A stretch of 32,650 nt of DNA from Jimgerdemannia flammicorona (Eukaryota). The stretch is from positions 1-32,650 of the forward strand of contig RBNJ01000340.1 in assembly GCA_003990765.1 (NCBI GenBank), written 5' to 3'. The notes under the pieces are model-generated. The model searched no databases, was not told the DNA's origin, and saw only the letters and a list, made by a program, of their open reading frames with translations. The translations under genes and the position numbers were made by a program. Numbering within the stretch: the stretch's first letter is position 1; every line of letters starts with the position of its first letter. This document shows, piece by piece, positions 10,266-22,664 of this stretch.

Positions 10266-11378
10266 ATGACCATCTCCGACGACGATACCCAAATGCCTGA
10301 CTCCAATGAGGAGGTTACAACTCCCATCCTCCTCGATAAAGGAAAAGGCAAAGCTGTTGTTATTGACCCAACATTCAAGAACGGGGCCGTCGCGGGCGAG
10401 GAGAACCTGCCGTGGGTAGAGAAATACCGACCAGCGACGCTGGAGGACCTCGTATCTCACGAGGACATTACTTCCACCATCAATCGCTTCATTGACGAGG
10501 ACCGTTTACCTCACCTCCTTCTCTATGGCCCACCGGGTACCGGCAAGACATCCACCATTCTTGCGTGCGCGCGCAAGCTCTACGGCCCGCAATACAAATC
10601 CATGATTCTCGAGTTGAACGCCTCGGACGACCGTGGCATTGACGTGGTGCGCGATCAGATCAAGAACTTTGCAAGTACGCGCAAGATCTTCAGCTCGGGC
10701 TTCAAGCTGATCATCTTAGATGAGGCTGACGCCATGACACAGCAGGCGCAGAACGCGCTCCGGCGAGTCATCGAGAAGTACACGCGTAACGTGCGCTTTT
10801 GCATCATCTGCAACTACGTCTCCAAGATCATCCCTGCCATCCAGTCCCGCTGCACTCGCTTCCGCTTCTCCCCGCTCACCCAGGCCCAGGTTGACAAGCG
10901 CCTCGGCTTCATCGTCGATAGCGAGGGTGTCCGCCTCACCGACGACGGCAAGAAGGCCCTGCTTGTCCTCTCCTGCGGAGACATGCGCCGTGCACTCAAC
11001 ATCCTGCAGGCCTGCCATGCCGCCTACGATCGCGTCGACGAGTCCGCCGTCTATGCTTGCACGGGAAACCCGCACCCGCGCGACATTGAGGCTATCGTCA
11101 ACTGGATGCTCACCGAGGAGTTCACAACCGCCTACTCCAACATTAAGAAACTCCAGACTGAGAAGGGTCTGGCGCTGCAGGACATCTTGACGGAAGTGCA
11201 TCGCTTCACGACTGATATCGAGTTCCCGCCCCACGTACGCGTCTTCCTCCTTGACAAGATGGCGGACATCGAATACAAGCTCGCCTCGGCTGCCACTGAG
11301 AAGATACAGCTCGGGGCGCTGTTGGGATCGTTCAAGCTGGCAACAGATATGGCCGCGATCCCGTTCACGAAGACGTGA
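10266..11378 (+). CDS. RFC3: Replication factor C small subunit (yeast Rfc3 / human RFC5), intronless
   Basis: NLPWVEKYRP, LPHLLLYGPPGTGKTSTILA, LELNASDDRGIDVVR, DEADAMT, SRC motif; 370-aa open frame. Confidence 0.95.
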   Translation: MTISDDDTQMPDSNEEVTTPILLDKGKGKAVVIDPTFKNGAVAGEENLPWVEKYRPATLEDLVSHEDITSTINRFIDEDRLPHLLLYGPPGTGKTSTILACARKLYGPQYKSMILELNASDDRGIDVVRDQIKNFASTRKIFSSGFKLIILDEADAMTQQAQNALRRVIEKYTRNVRFCIICNYVSKIIPAIQSRCTRFRFSPLTQAQVDKRLGFIVDSEGVRLTDDGKKALLVLSCGDMRRALNILQACHAAYDRVDESAVYACTGNPHPRDIEAIVNWMLTEEFTTAYSNIKKLQTEKGLALQDILTEVHRFTTDIEFPPHVRVFLLDKMADIEYKLASAATEKIQLGALLGSFKLATDMAAIPFTKT

Positions 11379-11864
11379 GGGACGGTGGAAGTCCCGTGGC
11401 GGACGGCGTGCTGGGTGAATTTGTATCGGAGATTTGTATCAATGCGCTCGGGATTTGATTTGTTGTGAAGCTTTAAAGGGCAGAGCAAATCTTTGAATGA
11501 TGTCTCAAATCATAATGTCGTTTTTTGAGTCTAAGTGGAGCAAACAAAGCGAGCGCTTAATGCTTTCTTTGTATGTGTACATATGTTTAGTTATGGTGTG
11601 AAAAGCTTTTTTTTTTTTTGGTTACTTCTATTCAGTTCGTCGTTCAATTCAATTAAAGATATAATTCGGTATACAGAGTGGTACAGCAACCGGCTGGAGC
11701 TCATCGGCATCTGTTACTACTTTTTGAAAACAACCTCGTTATGGAAAGCAAGAAAAAAGAAACGCAATTATAATCATGAAGATCTATCATTTACAGCAAC
11801 GCCGAACCCACAAATAAATTCCCCAAAGTTCGTTTTAAAAAATCAACTCTGCCACGCTCCATTC

Positions 11865-13196
11865 CTAATTCTTCTCCTTATCCCTTTTCTTCTTTTTCGC
11901 TTCGTTGTTCTTCGCCTCGACCAGCGACCCCTTGTCTTCCACGGTGTCATCTGCCTCATCACGTCGTCGCTTCTTATCTTTCCCGTTCTTTGCTTTCTTG
12001 TCCTCCCTTTGCTTTTCCATACTCTGGTGTCCGTTTCCGTTCTCATCACCTCCCACTTGATTTACCGTATCGTTCATGGATGATGAGGACGTCGGGGGTA
12101 GTAGGGCGCCTGTCACAGTGAGCATGTCGTTTGCTTGGACGAGGCTAGTGAAGGAGAGTGTGACAATCAGTTGATGGATCATATATGCTTTTTTCATAGT
12201 TCCTTGGTATGTCTGTGGTATGGCGGCCGAACGCGAGAAATAAAAAAAAATGTGGCACATATACGTACTCAACGACTGTAAAGATCACAACTCCGTCCGT
12301 GGCGCCCACGCTCTCCCCCGTCTTCTTTATGACCCACTCGCCGTTCTGCGTCCGCTGCTTGTTGAACCCTTGATCCTCGCCCTCCGCACCCTCGGCGTTC
12401 GGTGCCGCGGGTTCCTCCGCTGGCGTACCCGGAAACGAGGACGGCCGCCACTCGTAGTGTGCCGTCGGAATGAATTCGCGCGGGATGGAAGCGTTGAAAG
12501 TGCCGTAGAGGAGGAGACCGATGTGGTCAGCAGATTGGAGATTGATGGTGCCGACTTGGCGAAAGAAAATGGAGAGGGGATGGTGAGGGAAACCGAGTTG
12601 CGCATACGGATTGCTTCTCAACCTGCAATACATGCGCCTGCTACCATGAGTGCATTCGAGCACTCACCTAGCTTGGATCCTTTGACAGGCTTCCACACTA
12701 GCAGGTCAACCGCAATCCAAAAGTGGCAGTATGGAGAGTCGTACATGATGCGGGCGTTCGGTTGCATGATTTTGAGATTCGAGTGAGCAAGAACTACGCC
12801 GTCAAATTGGGGGACGTATCTGTGTGTGCCCAGGTTCCATTGATACAATATCGTTAGCACACTAATAAAGAAGCTGACCCAAAAGCACAATTTCGGCGCG
12901 GAGGCCTCCGTACACCGCAGAAGAACATACCTCATAAGAAACGCATTCAACTGCTCGTTGACGCCATCAGCAGCCTGGCCGACCCAAAGCGGGGCGAGGT
13001 GGATGTATATACGTGCGCGAACTTGGTTGAAAGGGGAGGAAGCGGTGTCCTTCTGTGAAGATACGACGGCGGTGGATGCAGAGCCGTCGCCCTGGCTGGC
13101 GGTGGACTGCTTCTTGTGTTTCTTCTTTGTGGCGGCGTCGCTGTCCTCGGGGTGCTTGCGTTTCTTTGAGGGCCGTTCCTTGTGCTCAGCAGCCAT
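11865..13196 (-). CDS. RPA43: DNA-directed RNA polymerase I subunit RPA43; exons 13196-12931, 12819-12668, 12554-12269, 12144-11865
   Basis: YIHLAP...QLNAFLMRYVPQFDGVVLAHSN...SPYCHFWIAVDLLVWKP..G..LVGTINLQSADHIGLLLYGTFNASIP, MLTVTGAL, Lys-rich tail; canonical splice sites. Confidence 0.92.
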
Positions 13197-14058
13197 GGTT
13201 ACTTCAGAGCGGTTAAAATGAATTTTTTGTTTTGTTTTATTTGTTACCGACCTACAAAATGCAAGTCACAACCCATTATAACTTCTGTTCTGCAGAAACA
13301 TTCCCTACACTCGGAACGGCCATGACGTGGCCCAGTTCCACAAGGACGGCTACCACCTAGCACGACGCCGAGGCCAACATGAGCGCTGCGGGTATACCAT
13401 AAAGTACATGTCCACTCGACTACGAGAAGAACCAGGGTTGCAGGGCTCAAGATTTGGTTGGCAAGGGGGAAGGATATCGCGGGGAACATCGCAGAATCCT
13501 TACTGGATATTGAGTACCTTTGAGTACCTGCGTCTTACATTTAAGTATATGTGTACACCAAGTATGCCATGTATGTGGCGTAGTTTTATGATGCTGGGCA
13601 CAGGCGGTCGAATACAATTTCTGCGCGTCGATAGTGTACGTCGTAAATTGATGTGGGGATGTCCTGGAAAAGCTGGCTCTCAATTGGCATTTTGGTATCT
13701 TGTCTGATGCGAACCAAAGCCATCGACCAACAGCCGATATTTATTATTATTATTACAACACTCGCCCGCTCTTTCCTGCCCTGAGCGAAGAACGATGACC
13801 TTGTAAACGATTCTAAAAGCATTACCCTCGAAAATAGGGCGATCGGGAACACAAACCCGATGTAAAACAAGACTTAGATATAATTGATATGTATAATTAT
13901 ATATTTAAGACCGTCCACCATTTTATGGGGCTTTCATACCGAAAGTTCTCGTCCATGGCCATCACCTATTTTCTACCCAACCTTACACTGTTCTCCAATT
14001 CGTCCATTCGTACTCGGGCTTTCCACCAAACAGCCTTTTCTAATATCTCTTCTCCCAT

Positions 14059-16172
14059 TTATAACTCCTTCTCCTTTCCTTTGCTGGTCATGTTCTTATC
14101 CTCAGCCTCCAGCGCGGTCAGTCGCTCGACTAGCCCTGGGTGCGAGTGGTTCCACGCCGAATACAACGGGTCGACGTTGAGGTTGTTGCGGTTCTCGATG
14201 TGAAGTTTGAGAAGGGCAGAGCGAAGCTGTGCGTTGTAGCCCAACTTGCTTGCGTAGGCGTCTGTTGATCGCAAGGTATACGCGCGCACAGAAGAGAGGG
14301 AGGGAGGGGAGAAAAGTGTGAGCAACACGGTGAAAATTCAGACGGAAAAGGCTTTACAATTGACTTTTGGACATCAAACTCACCGGCCTCGTACTCGTTC
14401 TTGCGCGTATATACGTTCTGGAGGAAGGCGACGAGGTTCTCGGCGGGCGAGTAAATGTACTGCGGATTGAAAAGTACGCGTCAGTTCGATTGTTTCGCTG
14501 GATCGAACAAAGAACAATGCGACTCTCGTCAAGAAATCGCAACATACCTGGAAGAGCAAGAACCCAATTAAGGTCGGTCTCGCGGCGAACCCGAATGACT
14601 CGTACATGGCGTCGTTGTTGATGAAGAAGGAGAATTGCCAAAAGACCAAGAGGAGGTGCAGCTGGATTGTGACTAGCATTTTGATCGTGTGGTTTTGGGC
14701 CCAGTGGCCGAGCTCGTGGGCTTTTTTTTTTTTAAAAAAAAAAGTAAGTAGGTACACAATGAGGACGAATACATGATGATACCGATGTCGGCGATGGTAG
14801 CGGAAGCACGGTATTGTCATGGATTACTCGACCATCCCCTTTCCATAATCCAAATTTCACTCACCTAGTACCGCACAGATCTCCTCGGTGCCTGCCTGCT
14901 CGAGCAAGGTGTCGTATAGAACTATTCGCTTGTTCTTGAAGAAGCCATAGAAATAGGCGTTGGAGTGGGCGCTCCGCTTGGAGCCGTCGATTACGTAAAG
15001 CTGGCGCAGTGGGAAGCTAATGCGCGAGGCGAGCTGCTCGATCGCCTCTTTGAGGTCGCCTTCTTGCAAGGGGGTCACCTTGTTGAAGAGCGGCTGGATT
15101 ACCGTAGGGTATATGGTGATCACGAACATTTGGAAGGCGATGCTGTTGGGGGGGAGATGAACATACGATATCGGTTCAGATGTTCATATGCGCTAAACTA
15201 AGAGATAATAGATCAAGTTTGCTTTCTGTCTTTTTCCCTCCCCACCCTGCATCGAGATCCACGCAAGCGAACTCAAAAAAGCAACGCACATGAATACCCA
15301 AACCCAGAAATAGAACGTCTCCCCTGTCGCCTTGATGATCCACAGGAAGGCAGCCAGGACGGGGATCCCGATGGCACCGCCCAGGAGGTGGCCCTTGAGC
15401 AGGTCCATGAAGAATAGCCCCGCAGTCTGTTTGTTGAATCCATGACGCTCCTCGATGACGAAGGTGGAATAGAGCAAGACGGGCAGGCCCGAAACGGTCG
15501 AAAGGAGCGAGAGGAGGACGTAAAAGATGATCGATTGGGTAATCTGTTGGTGGCGTTACATGGGCCAGAGGCGTGGTTAGGAAACGCGCTAATGTATTAA
15601 AGGATGCACCATGTGTCGCTTGTTGCCACAAAATTCAGGGATAGGACGGAAATGGTTTCGACGCTTCGCTTGGTGGTTGGCGCTAACACATAACACTGGT
15701 GTTCCTCATCTAGCTAAACAATCAACCTTCCCGATTTGTGCATTCCGGCATAGCTATTCCCATGGCAAGAGTCCCGCCAAATGGCACTAACCTCGTATTC
15801 AGGGCCATACCCGCCAACTCTCAGCATCCAGGTCCCGCTTAAGTCCCAAAGCCACGGAAGCGCGCCAAAGAGTATGAAAACGGTGGTCTCGAGTTGCGAG
15901 TACGACCCGGCCACAAACCCAAAGCGCGCTTTATCGGAACCGTAGGCCTGAGCCTTGTCAAAGTCTTCCTGCGATACGATGTCGACGACGGCCTTGGGGC
16001 GGTTCTTCTCCTGCAGCTTCCTGTACTGGCGCCAGCTGAGGGAGGGGGGGATGGAGTGAGCGACGGTTGGAGAATAAGGTGGCGAGATATAGATAGTATA
16101 CCTCAGATATAGATCGAATGCGTAGACGAGGTAGCTGAATGCCAAGACATATTCCTTGTATGGGGTTGTCAT
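14059..16172 (-). CDS. STE24: CAAX prenyl protease 1 (Ste24/ZMPSTE24, M48A); exons 16172-16102, 16035-15792, 15543-15290, 15142-14865, 14720-14548, 14459-14384, 14261-14059
   Basis: [53 protein letters not shown] (HExxH), [15 protein letters not shown]; all introns GT-AG. Confidence 0.95.
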
Positions 16173-16417
16173 GCTCGAGTGGGTAGGAGAAGGGGAGAAA
16201 GAGATGATTCGAGTGGCTTGGAACGACCGTGCAGGAACCGGCGTGCTGGGTCATGACGTAACACTGTGCACCCCTTGCAAGGGGCGGTGACGTCAATGCA
16301 AACGAAAAAGCGAGTCCCCACGAAACAAGCCAACTCCGCTTTCCCAGCACCTCTTCTCTTCCCCCGTCAAAGCCAACACCTCCCCCACTCGACCTCTCGC
16401 TTTGACCCACCAGTCCA
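16173..16417. promoter_or_regulatory. Compact bidirectional promoter (STE24 / endosulfine) with two CRE-like sites and a 14-bp palindrome
   Basis: 245 bp between divergent ATGs; TGACGTAA at 16254-16261, CCCCTTGCAAGGGG at 16271-16284, TGACGTCA at 16288-16295. Confidence 0.55.
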
Positions 16418-17167
16418 ATGCTTCCTGCCAAGAAGAATAAGATCGATATCAGTGTATGAACCATACTTGAGCTTCAACCTTCTCCCTTATTCTGACTTGT
16501 AAACTCGAAATAGAACACTTGACCATTGTTGAACTATAATTCATTTGAACTTTCGTTAACCCTGTAGAAACTGTCTCCTGAGGAACAGAAGCTGTTCCGT
16601 CTGTACGGCAAGCTGCCGGACCGCAAGGATGTGCTGGCAAACAAGCTAAAGGTGAGCATTATGGCGGCTGCGGACTTGACACTGTGCATGCTTACACAAG
16701 CGGTACAAAGTGAATTCTAAACCCTTGACCCTTGAATAAGTGTCATGACACACAGACTGCATGTGCGCAGTAATCACCAAACCTCTCCATATCGCGGATT
16801 CCGGACATTTAGAAGACTCTTCTCATCCACGCAAAGACACCTCATCGCACAAGTAACCTATCAAAATGCTCATCGATTTCGACCGTCCAATTTCACGCCC
16901 CTTTCCCCTCCCCTCCTTCAGGAACGCAAGTACTTCGATTCCGGCGACTACGCCCTCTCCAAGGCCGGCAAGGCGGACTCTGTCGGCTCCCAGCACCCAT
17001 CCCCCGAAAATATCCCGCACTCGAACCCGACCACCAAGGACAACGCTAGCCCCACCAAGGAGTCCTCGCTCGTTCACGATACGACCGAGAACCTGGGTTC
17101 TACACCGGCTGTGGTTGCCGTGAAACCCGCGGAGGAGGTGGTGGCGGCGGGTCTCGAGAGCTCGTAA
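16418..17167 (+). CDS. IGO1: Endosulfine/ARPP19-family protein (Igo1-like); exons 16418-16453, 16568-16651, 16922-17167
   Basis: Spliced product MLPAKKNKIDISKLSPEEQKLFRLYGKLPDRKDVLANKLKERKYFDSGDYALSKAGK...HPSPENIP; FDSGDY Greatwall/Rim15 phosphorylation site. Confidence 0.92.
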
Positions 17168-17694
17168 AAGTGGGGTATGCCGAGGAGATGCAGATTGTAA
17201 GCGAGGCGATCGTGAGGTAGAATGACAACGGCGGGATTTTCCGACGTTTTATGCTTGTTCGTGATTTGCTGGGCGTTTGGTTGGATACCGTGCACGCGAA
17301 AGAGTCGTGTGCTGCTGCGTTGGCGAGGTTTGATGAAGGATGGAGAGGAGCATTCTGGAATGCGTGGGCCGCGTTCCTTCAAAATTCAAACCCTTTGCGT
17401 TGTCCGGATACACTGCTGTCGATGTTTTGTTTACTTCGTTTTGTGATTGCTTATTGTCGTTCATTCGTCTTTGCTTATTTGTCTTTATTGCTTTCTTCGT
17501 TTTCTTTCTGTCCTTCGGTTTCCTTGGACATCTTTTTTCTCCGGAATTATGGTGCGCAACAGTATCTTTTTACTTGGCAACACCATATCCATCCACACCT
17601 TCCCGCTCTTTTAGTTTTTACCCATACCTTCCACATCCATCCTGTCCCTTCCTCTTCTTCCCCCCCCCCCTTTTTTTTCTTTTCTATTTTTGTC

Positions 17695-19325
17695 TCATAA
17701 AGTCTCCTGCTGGCGTGAGTTTAGGCCCTCTTTGGCCTTCACCTGTACAAAAGCGCTGCTCGCCAATATATACACGAGTACATGAGATGGACGTTGAAAC
17801 TGTCTTTGGGATTGCGGTGTTATTTGGATACGAAACTCGAACGTGTCGGGGTCAGCGTAGGGTACGAGAAGAATCTGATACTTCAAGTCGGTCGATCTGA
17901 TTACGTGCTCAAATCAACTGGCATCTCAACCTTATTCCCTATATTTGGCAACCCAGCCGAATTTTGACATGTTAGATGTGATCAATATCCAATAGCAAGT
18001 CCGACGGAGGCGAGATCCGAGCATGCCGAGGCTTCCTTACGTCCTACGGCCCTCAAGGATAGATATCCTTTGATAAACTCACCTCCGAAGTTTACAAACC
18101 GTTTTCTGGGGCAAGCCGGTAGACGTCGCCCCCATCGGCCCTGCGGTATCGCTGCCCAAACGAGACCGCGGCGACCATGTCCCCCAAGCAAGGAGGATAG
18201 GGGAGAGTTGTACGACTTGTTCCTCAAGCGGGTCTTGACAATGAAACTTTTGAGTTTCCACCTGCAGATCTCGACTGGATTGTTCAATTGTTCTGGACGA
18301 TGATGTGCGACATGTGCGACATAGATTTGCGTTGTCCTATCACATGACCTTTTGCTGTTACACCTAAAATGGAACGCGTCACGACTGGAGAAGAGCAGTT
18401 CAGACAGCGAGAAGCTTGTAATCTTCCAAGTTAAATACTATGAGGAGCACGGCCAGTTAGATAATACAGTTACCTTTCATCTGACTATGTACCCGCTCCC
18501 TGTCAATCACCGAGAAAAGCTTGGTGTTGCCATCTGACAAAGTGTATCCAATGGTGACGCTTACATGGATGGTCGACTCAATACCGAATTTCGCTATAAT
18601 TTTTATTTTTTATCAGAATTCTTCCCTTGATCAAGTTTCCCATCTCCTGCATGTTAGTACATATTTATTTGCCATGGAACCTTCGCATCCATCCATTTCA
18701 CTTAGTATAACGATCACGTCTGATCGTCTCCTATTTCTATTTCTTATTTTATTTTATTTTATTTAAGGGGGCGGGGGGCGACACAGATTACCTCCGCAAA
18801 CTCATTGACCAGGCTCGGTGAGTTTTAAGGCATGGCGATGATGACCCAACCAGCGGTGTCTCCCCAGATAACGTGAGCGGATTTGCGACTTCAATTGGTA
18901 GGTTTCCTTTCACAAGTAAATTCAATAGGTCGACCAAGGCAATATAATAGCTCTCAGCTTTTTCTAAAGCATACAAATATTGTCCATACGTATTTCCACC
19001 CACCAAGCAAATATCGAGAGGGAAATACGTGCAAACTTGGAAAACTTGGAACAATTGCACAATTTGACGATACAACTTTGAGTGGGCCTCGTATCACATA
19101 AGTATTAAGGACCATCCCGTGCACGGTTTTCCCGAATCCTCTTGCCCCCGAAGCTACTCGAATTCGCTCGCCGTATACCTTCTTGAGGTCCGGTGGTGTA
19201 AGCCGGTTCGTGCGCGCCACGGACACAGATGTCGAAATTGATGTGTAGGAGGCGTTTTTCCTATCCAAACCGGGATTATTCAATGGTTTTAGATATTTTA
19301 ATATTTGACAATGCTTTAAGAACAT
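17695..19325 (-). pseudogene. Spliced, frameshifted gene relic with a Walker A motif (Crinkler-like P-loop protein?)
   Basis: IRVASGARGFGKT (GxxGxGKT); donor gtaatc at ~18790, TACTAAC branch point at ~18654-18660 and acceptor at ~18647 on the minus strand; further open minus segments (AKFGIESTIHV..., STDLKYQILLVPY...). Confidence 0.4.
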
Positions 19326-19855
19326 TTTTATTTAGCAATTTTGAGGAATTAGTCGATCTTTTATTTATATTAATTTAGTTTAGTGCTTTAAAAACTATAA
19401 TATTTTATAATTAACTTTGAGGCCAAATTTACTTTCTTTTAGTATAATTAGAAAATAATTCATATATAGTTATCAAGCAAGTTATACTCTTTTTTATACT
19501 TTGTAAAGTCTCAAATAGTTTGTTTATCTTATTAAACAAATAAAATAGCTGAAGTTACTATTTATTAAGTCTGATTTAATTTATTAATTTAATATTCTAA
19601 TTATGTTTTGCTTTAATAATAACATACTTAAAATAAATTATGTAATATTATTAATATAATAGAATATTATATTTGTAAATTATTTTATCAGAAAATTTAT
19701 ATTTTACTTATTATTAAATATATTTTATATTTGATTATTTAGTTAATTATCAAAATTTTAATAATGATATCTATATTTGCTAAATATATAATATATATTA
19801 TTTTATTTTATAACTAATTTATTAGAAATAAGAAAATAACTTCTTATTAAGCATA
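19300..19855. repeat. Extremely AT-rich insert, probably a decayed repeat
   Basis: Abrupt switch to near-exclusively A/T sequence with almost no CpG; no termini identified. Confidence 0.4.
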
Positions 19856-20016
19856 TTGAAGAAACGGAACAAGGATGAAGTTCCAATATAGTCTTTCCTT
19901 ATCTGATAAAACAGTGTTTCAATCTCTCCTTAAATGTTCCTGTGATACATATACATTTACCATAACCGGAAATTTGGCTATAAACTAACAAGCGTGATCG
20001 CCATCCTGATGAATTG

Positions 20017-21100
20017 ACTCAGTGGTTGATATCTGATTCGTTTCTAACCAGAATGTTGTGAAGAATAGCCAGATTGTTCCGACCTGTTACTATGTTTGGG
20101 TGCTACTATTTCCAAGATTTCCGGCGCCTGTTGGAACAGCATTTTCGCTTTTACGTACCTACCCCGGAAAAGGTAAAGCACCCAAGTTGTTCATAGTTGT
20201 TGCTGCGTCTGGGTTTTCTAGTCCTGACACCTTCTCGTGAATTGTCAGCGCCAGTTGACAGCGATTCCGCTGCATCATGCTTTCCCTGGTTATAGTAGAT
20301 TGTTCAGAATTAATGCTGTGTGTGGGTGCTCTTGTCAGAATTTTTTCTTGCAGATTTTCAGCACCTGTTGGTACAGTGGCTCTGTTTTATTATGCTTGCT
20401 CTGTTCTTTGTAAAACAAAACCGGATTTTTCAGAGTTTTTACTGTATCCATGTACTCTGGTCCCACCACAATTCTGCAGATCACTAGTGCTTGTTGGTAT
20501 AGCTGTTCTACCTCATTACATTTACTCTGGCTTTGGTAAAATTCAGCCATATTATCCAGAATTGATGCTGTACATGGGTGCTCTGGTCTCAACATCATCT
20601 TGAGGATCACCAGAGCCAGTTGATGTAATACTCCACCTTATTATACTTGCCCTACTCTTATAGAGTACAGCCAGGTTGTTCAGAGTTAATACTATATACT
20701 AATGCTCTAGTTCTAATACTTTGTTGTAGATTGCTAATGTCTTTTGATATAACCATTTTGTCTCATTTACTTATTCTATTATTAGTAGTAATAGTTAGGT
20801 TGCCTATAGTTAATACTATATCTGAGTATTCTGTTCTCAAAATCTTATTAGAGATCTCTACTGTTTATTGATAAAGTGGCTCTATCTTATTATACTTACT
20901 CTGTTCTTTATAGAGTACAGAAGATTGATCAGAGTTATTATATATTCTAATTCTATATTAACTTTAAAAATTGCCAATATCTATAAGTGCATCAGTTTTA
21001 TCTTATTATACTTATTTTAATTAAAGTAGAGCTAAGCCAGATTGTTTAAAATTATTACTATATCTGAGTTCTCTAGTTAAGGTTTATTATTAATATCAAT
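20017..21100 (-). pseudogene. Kinesin-light-chain-type TPR array (about 9 x 42-aa repeats), NLR-like sensor pseudogene
   Basis: PEHPCTASILDNMAEFYQSQSKCNEVEQLYQQALVI, GPEYMDTVKTLKN, ENPDAATTMNNLG, HPNIVTGRNNLAIL; ~125-bp periodicity (20302, 20428, 20553, 20678, 20803, 20927); stops and frameshifts. Confidence 0.8.
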
Positions 21101-21852
21101 GAGATAATATAATCTTCATTTAGTAAGATCTATAACTTTATTTATTTATTTCTTAAAAAGTAAGAGAACAGACTAAGTAGTAACAAGAGAAGCTAAATTA
21201 ATTATCTTTAACAATATTCTCTAGTTTTTAAATAGCTTGAAGATAGACTAAAGACTGATAAATTCTTAAAGTTTTCTCCTCTTTTTAATAGTTTTAAAAA
21301 AAAAAAAAACTCTATAATATTGTTAAAGAGAAGTTTCTTTTTCTTTAGATATAATATATATCTAAAATCTCTTAAAGTACATAACTTTTATATAATATAA
21401 TATAATTAGATAATATGTAAGTAGCTTTGACTACTTTTTCTAATAACTCAATAGTAATATATAGTTCTTCAAAGATCTCTATAAAACTCATGAGATAATC
21501 TTAGTAGTTGTCTCAGAGGAGAGTAGTGTAAAATTCTAATAGAGTAAATTTAGTATCTTCAGTTTTAACTCAAATATAATTACTTTTAATAAAGTTAACT
21601 ATCTTAGCTTTTATCTAATTTATATTTTTTTCTATAAAATATATAATATCTTAAAGAGTAATTTCTTTAAGATATATAATATATAGTTTAGAAAATATAA
21701 TAAAAGGTTTGATAGATCCAGAGAGTCTTTTTAATTTATCTAATAGTAAGTAGTTCTTCTTAAATAAGATCTTAATAGTTTTGTTCTACAGTTTTTTTCT
21801 TAAAGTCTATAATCAATTTTATATTTATACTAAAAGACTAAATAGTAAAAAG

Positions 21853-22094
21853 TAATACTCAGAATAATTAAATTTGATCTTAATTTGATTTAATTCAAAT
21901 TGAATTGAGGTCTAATTTAATTTATATTTAAATTCAAATTTTAATTTTCAAAATTTAATAACTTAATAAAAATATGTCCAAATTTAACAAATATTAACTT
22001 ATTAAATTTATCTTATTTAGAGAAATCTAATATAATAAAAATTATATTTTAGTTGAGTTATTATATTTTAAAGTTTGACTTTTGGAGATATTTA
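21853..22094. mobile_element. Second, truncated and inverted copy of the hAT-type MITE at 393-843
   Basis: Starts taatactcagaataattaaattt; 21940-22075 aligns with the reverse complement of ~545-700 (ttttcaaaatt.aataact.aa..aaaa.at.t..aaatttaa...). Confidence 0.65.
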
Positions 22095-22160
22095 GTTAAG
22101 GTAGATCTTCTTAATGTTATAAAGATATAGATCTTTAGAAGAGTAGAGTAATAAATATAT

Positions 22161-22627
22161 TGTAATATAGCAGATGCTTACTTTTAAAAGTATGTCAGAT
22201 TTCTGTATCTTGAAAACTTGACTGTTCTGACTCTTGCAGAGTCTCTTGAAGTTGTAGGGGAGAGTGGGTAAGTTTGAAGTGTATCTGCCTGTAGACTTAC
22301 TAGTTCCTTTGCTATCTCTTTGCTTTAAACTATTTCAATCTGAGGTTTATTCACTCAAAGATACTGGGTTATTTATATAAGTTTACTAGCTATGAGATGG
22401 TTACTAGATTATGTGGCTAAGTTATGAGTCATTTAACACTTTGTGAAATATTTCACCAGTTGCAAAATGCTATACTATATTGAGAAGCTTGATCTTGCAC
22501 TTTGCAAAATATTTAGCAAATGGCGAAATCAGGGACTGCTAACTATGTGGCTATACTACTTTGGGACTGGGTGCGATCAAGTGTCTGTTTCCTATTTCCT
22601 TCTTCTGAATCTGGCTATACTGTCACA
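22161..22627 (-). repeat. 3' LTR
   Basis: tgtaatatag...tactgtcaca; colinear with 28408-28874, about 91% identical by manual alignment. Confidence 0.95.
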
Positions 22628-22664
22628 ACTTCCTCCTGAATAGATAATCTCATCCTTGAAGCAT

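Noticed and set aside
10716..11234. 172-aa antisense ORF and other overlapping ORFs
   Set aside because: Shadow of the GC3-rich RFC3 codon usage.
11535..12083. 182-aa hydrophobic plus-strand ORF
   Set aside because: Antisense of the Lys-rich RPA43 tail and its UTR.
13244..13900. Intergenic ORFs or an ncRNA between RPA43 and STE24
   Set aside because: No tRNA/snoRNA/snRNA signature or protein motif recognised.
17222..17700. Hydrophobic ORFs downstream of IGO1
   Set aside because: Pyrimidine-rich 3' UTR composition.
18352..18537. Plus-strand KLVIFQVKYY as a nuclease QxK motif
   Set aside because: Too short; splice signals favour the minus strand.
21100..21850. NB-ARC/NACHT domain upstream of the TPR array
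   Set aside because: Too degraded; no Walker motifs readable.
22443..22643. Similar small ORFs at 22443 and 28714
   Set aside because: Chance frames inside the two LTR copies.
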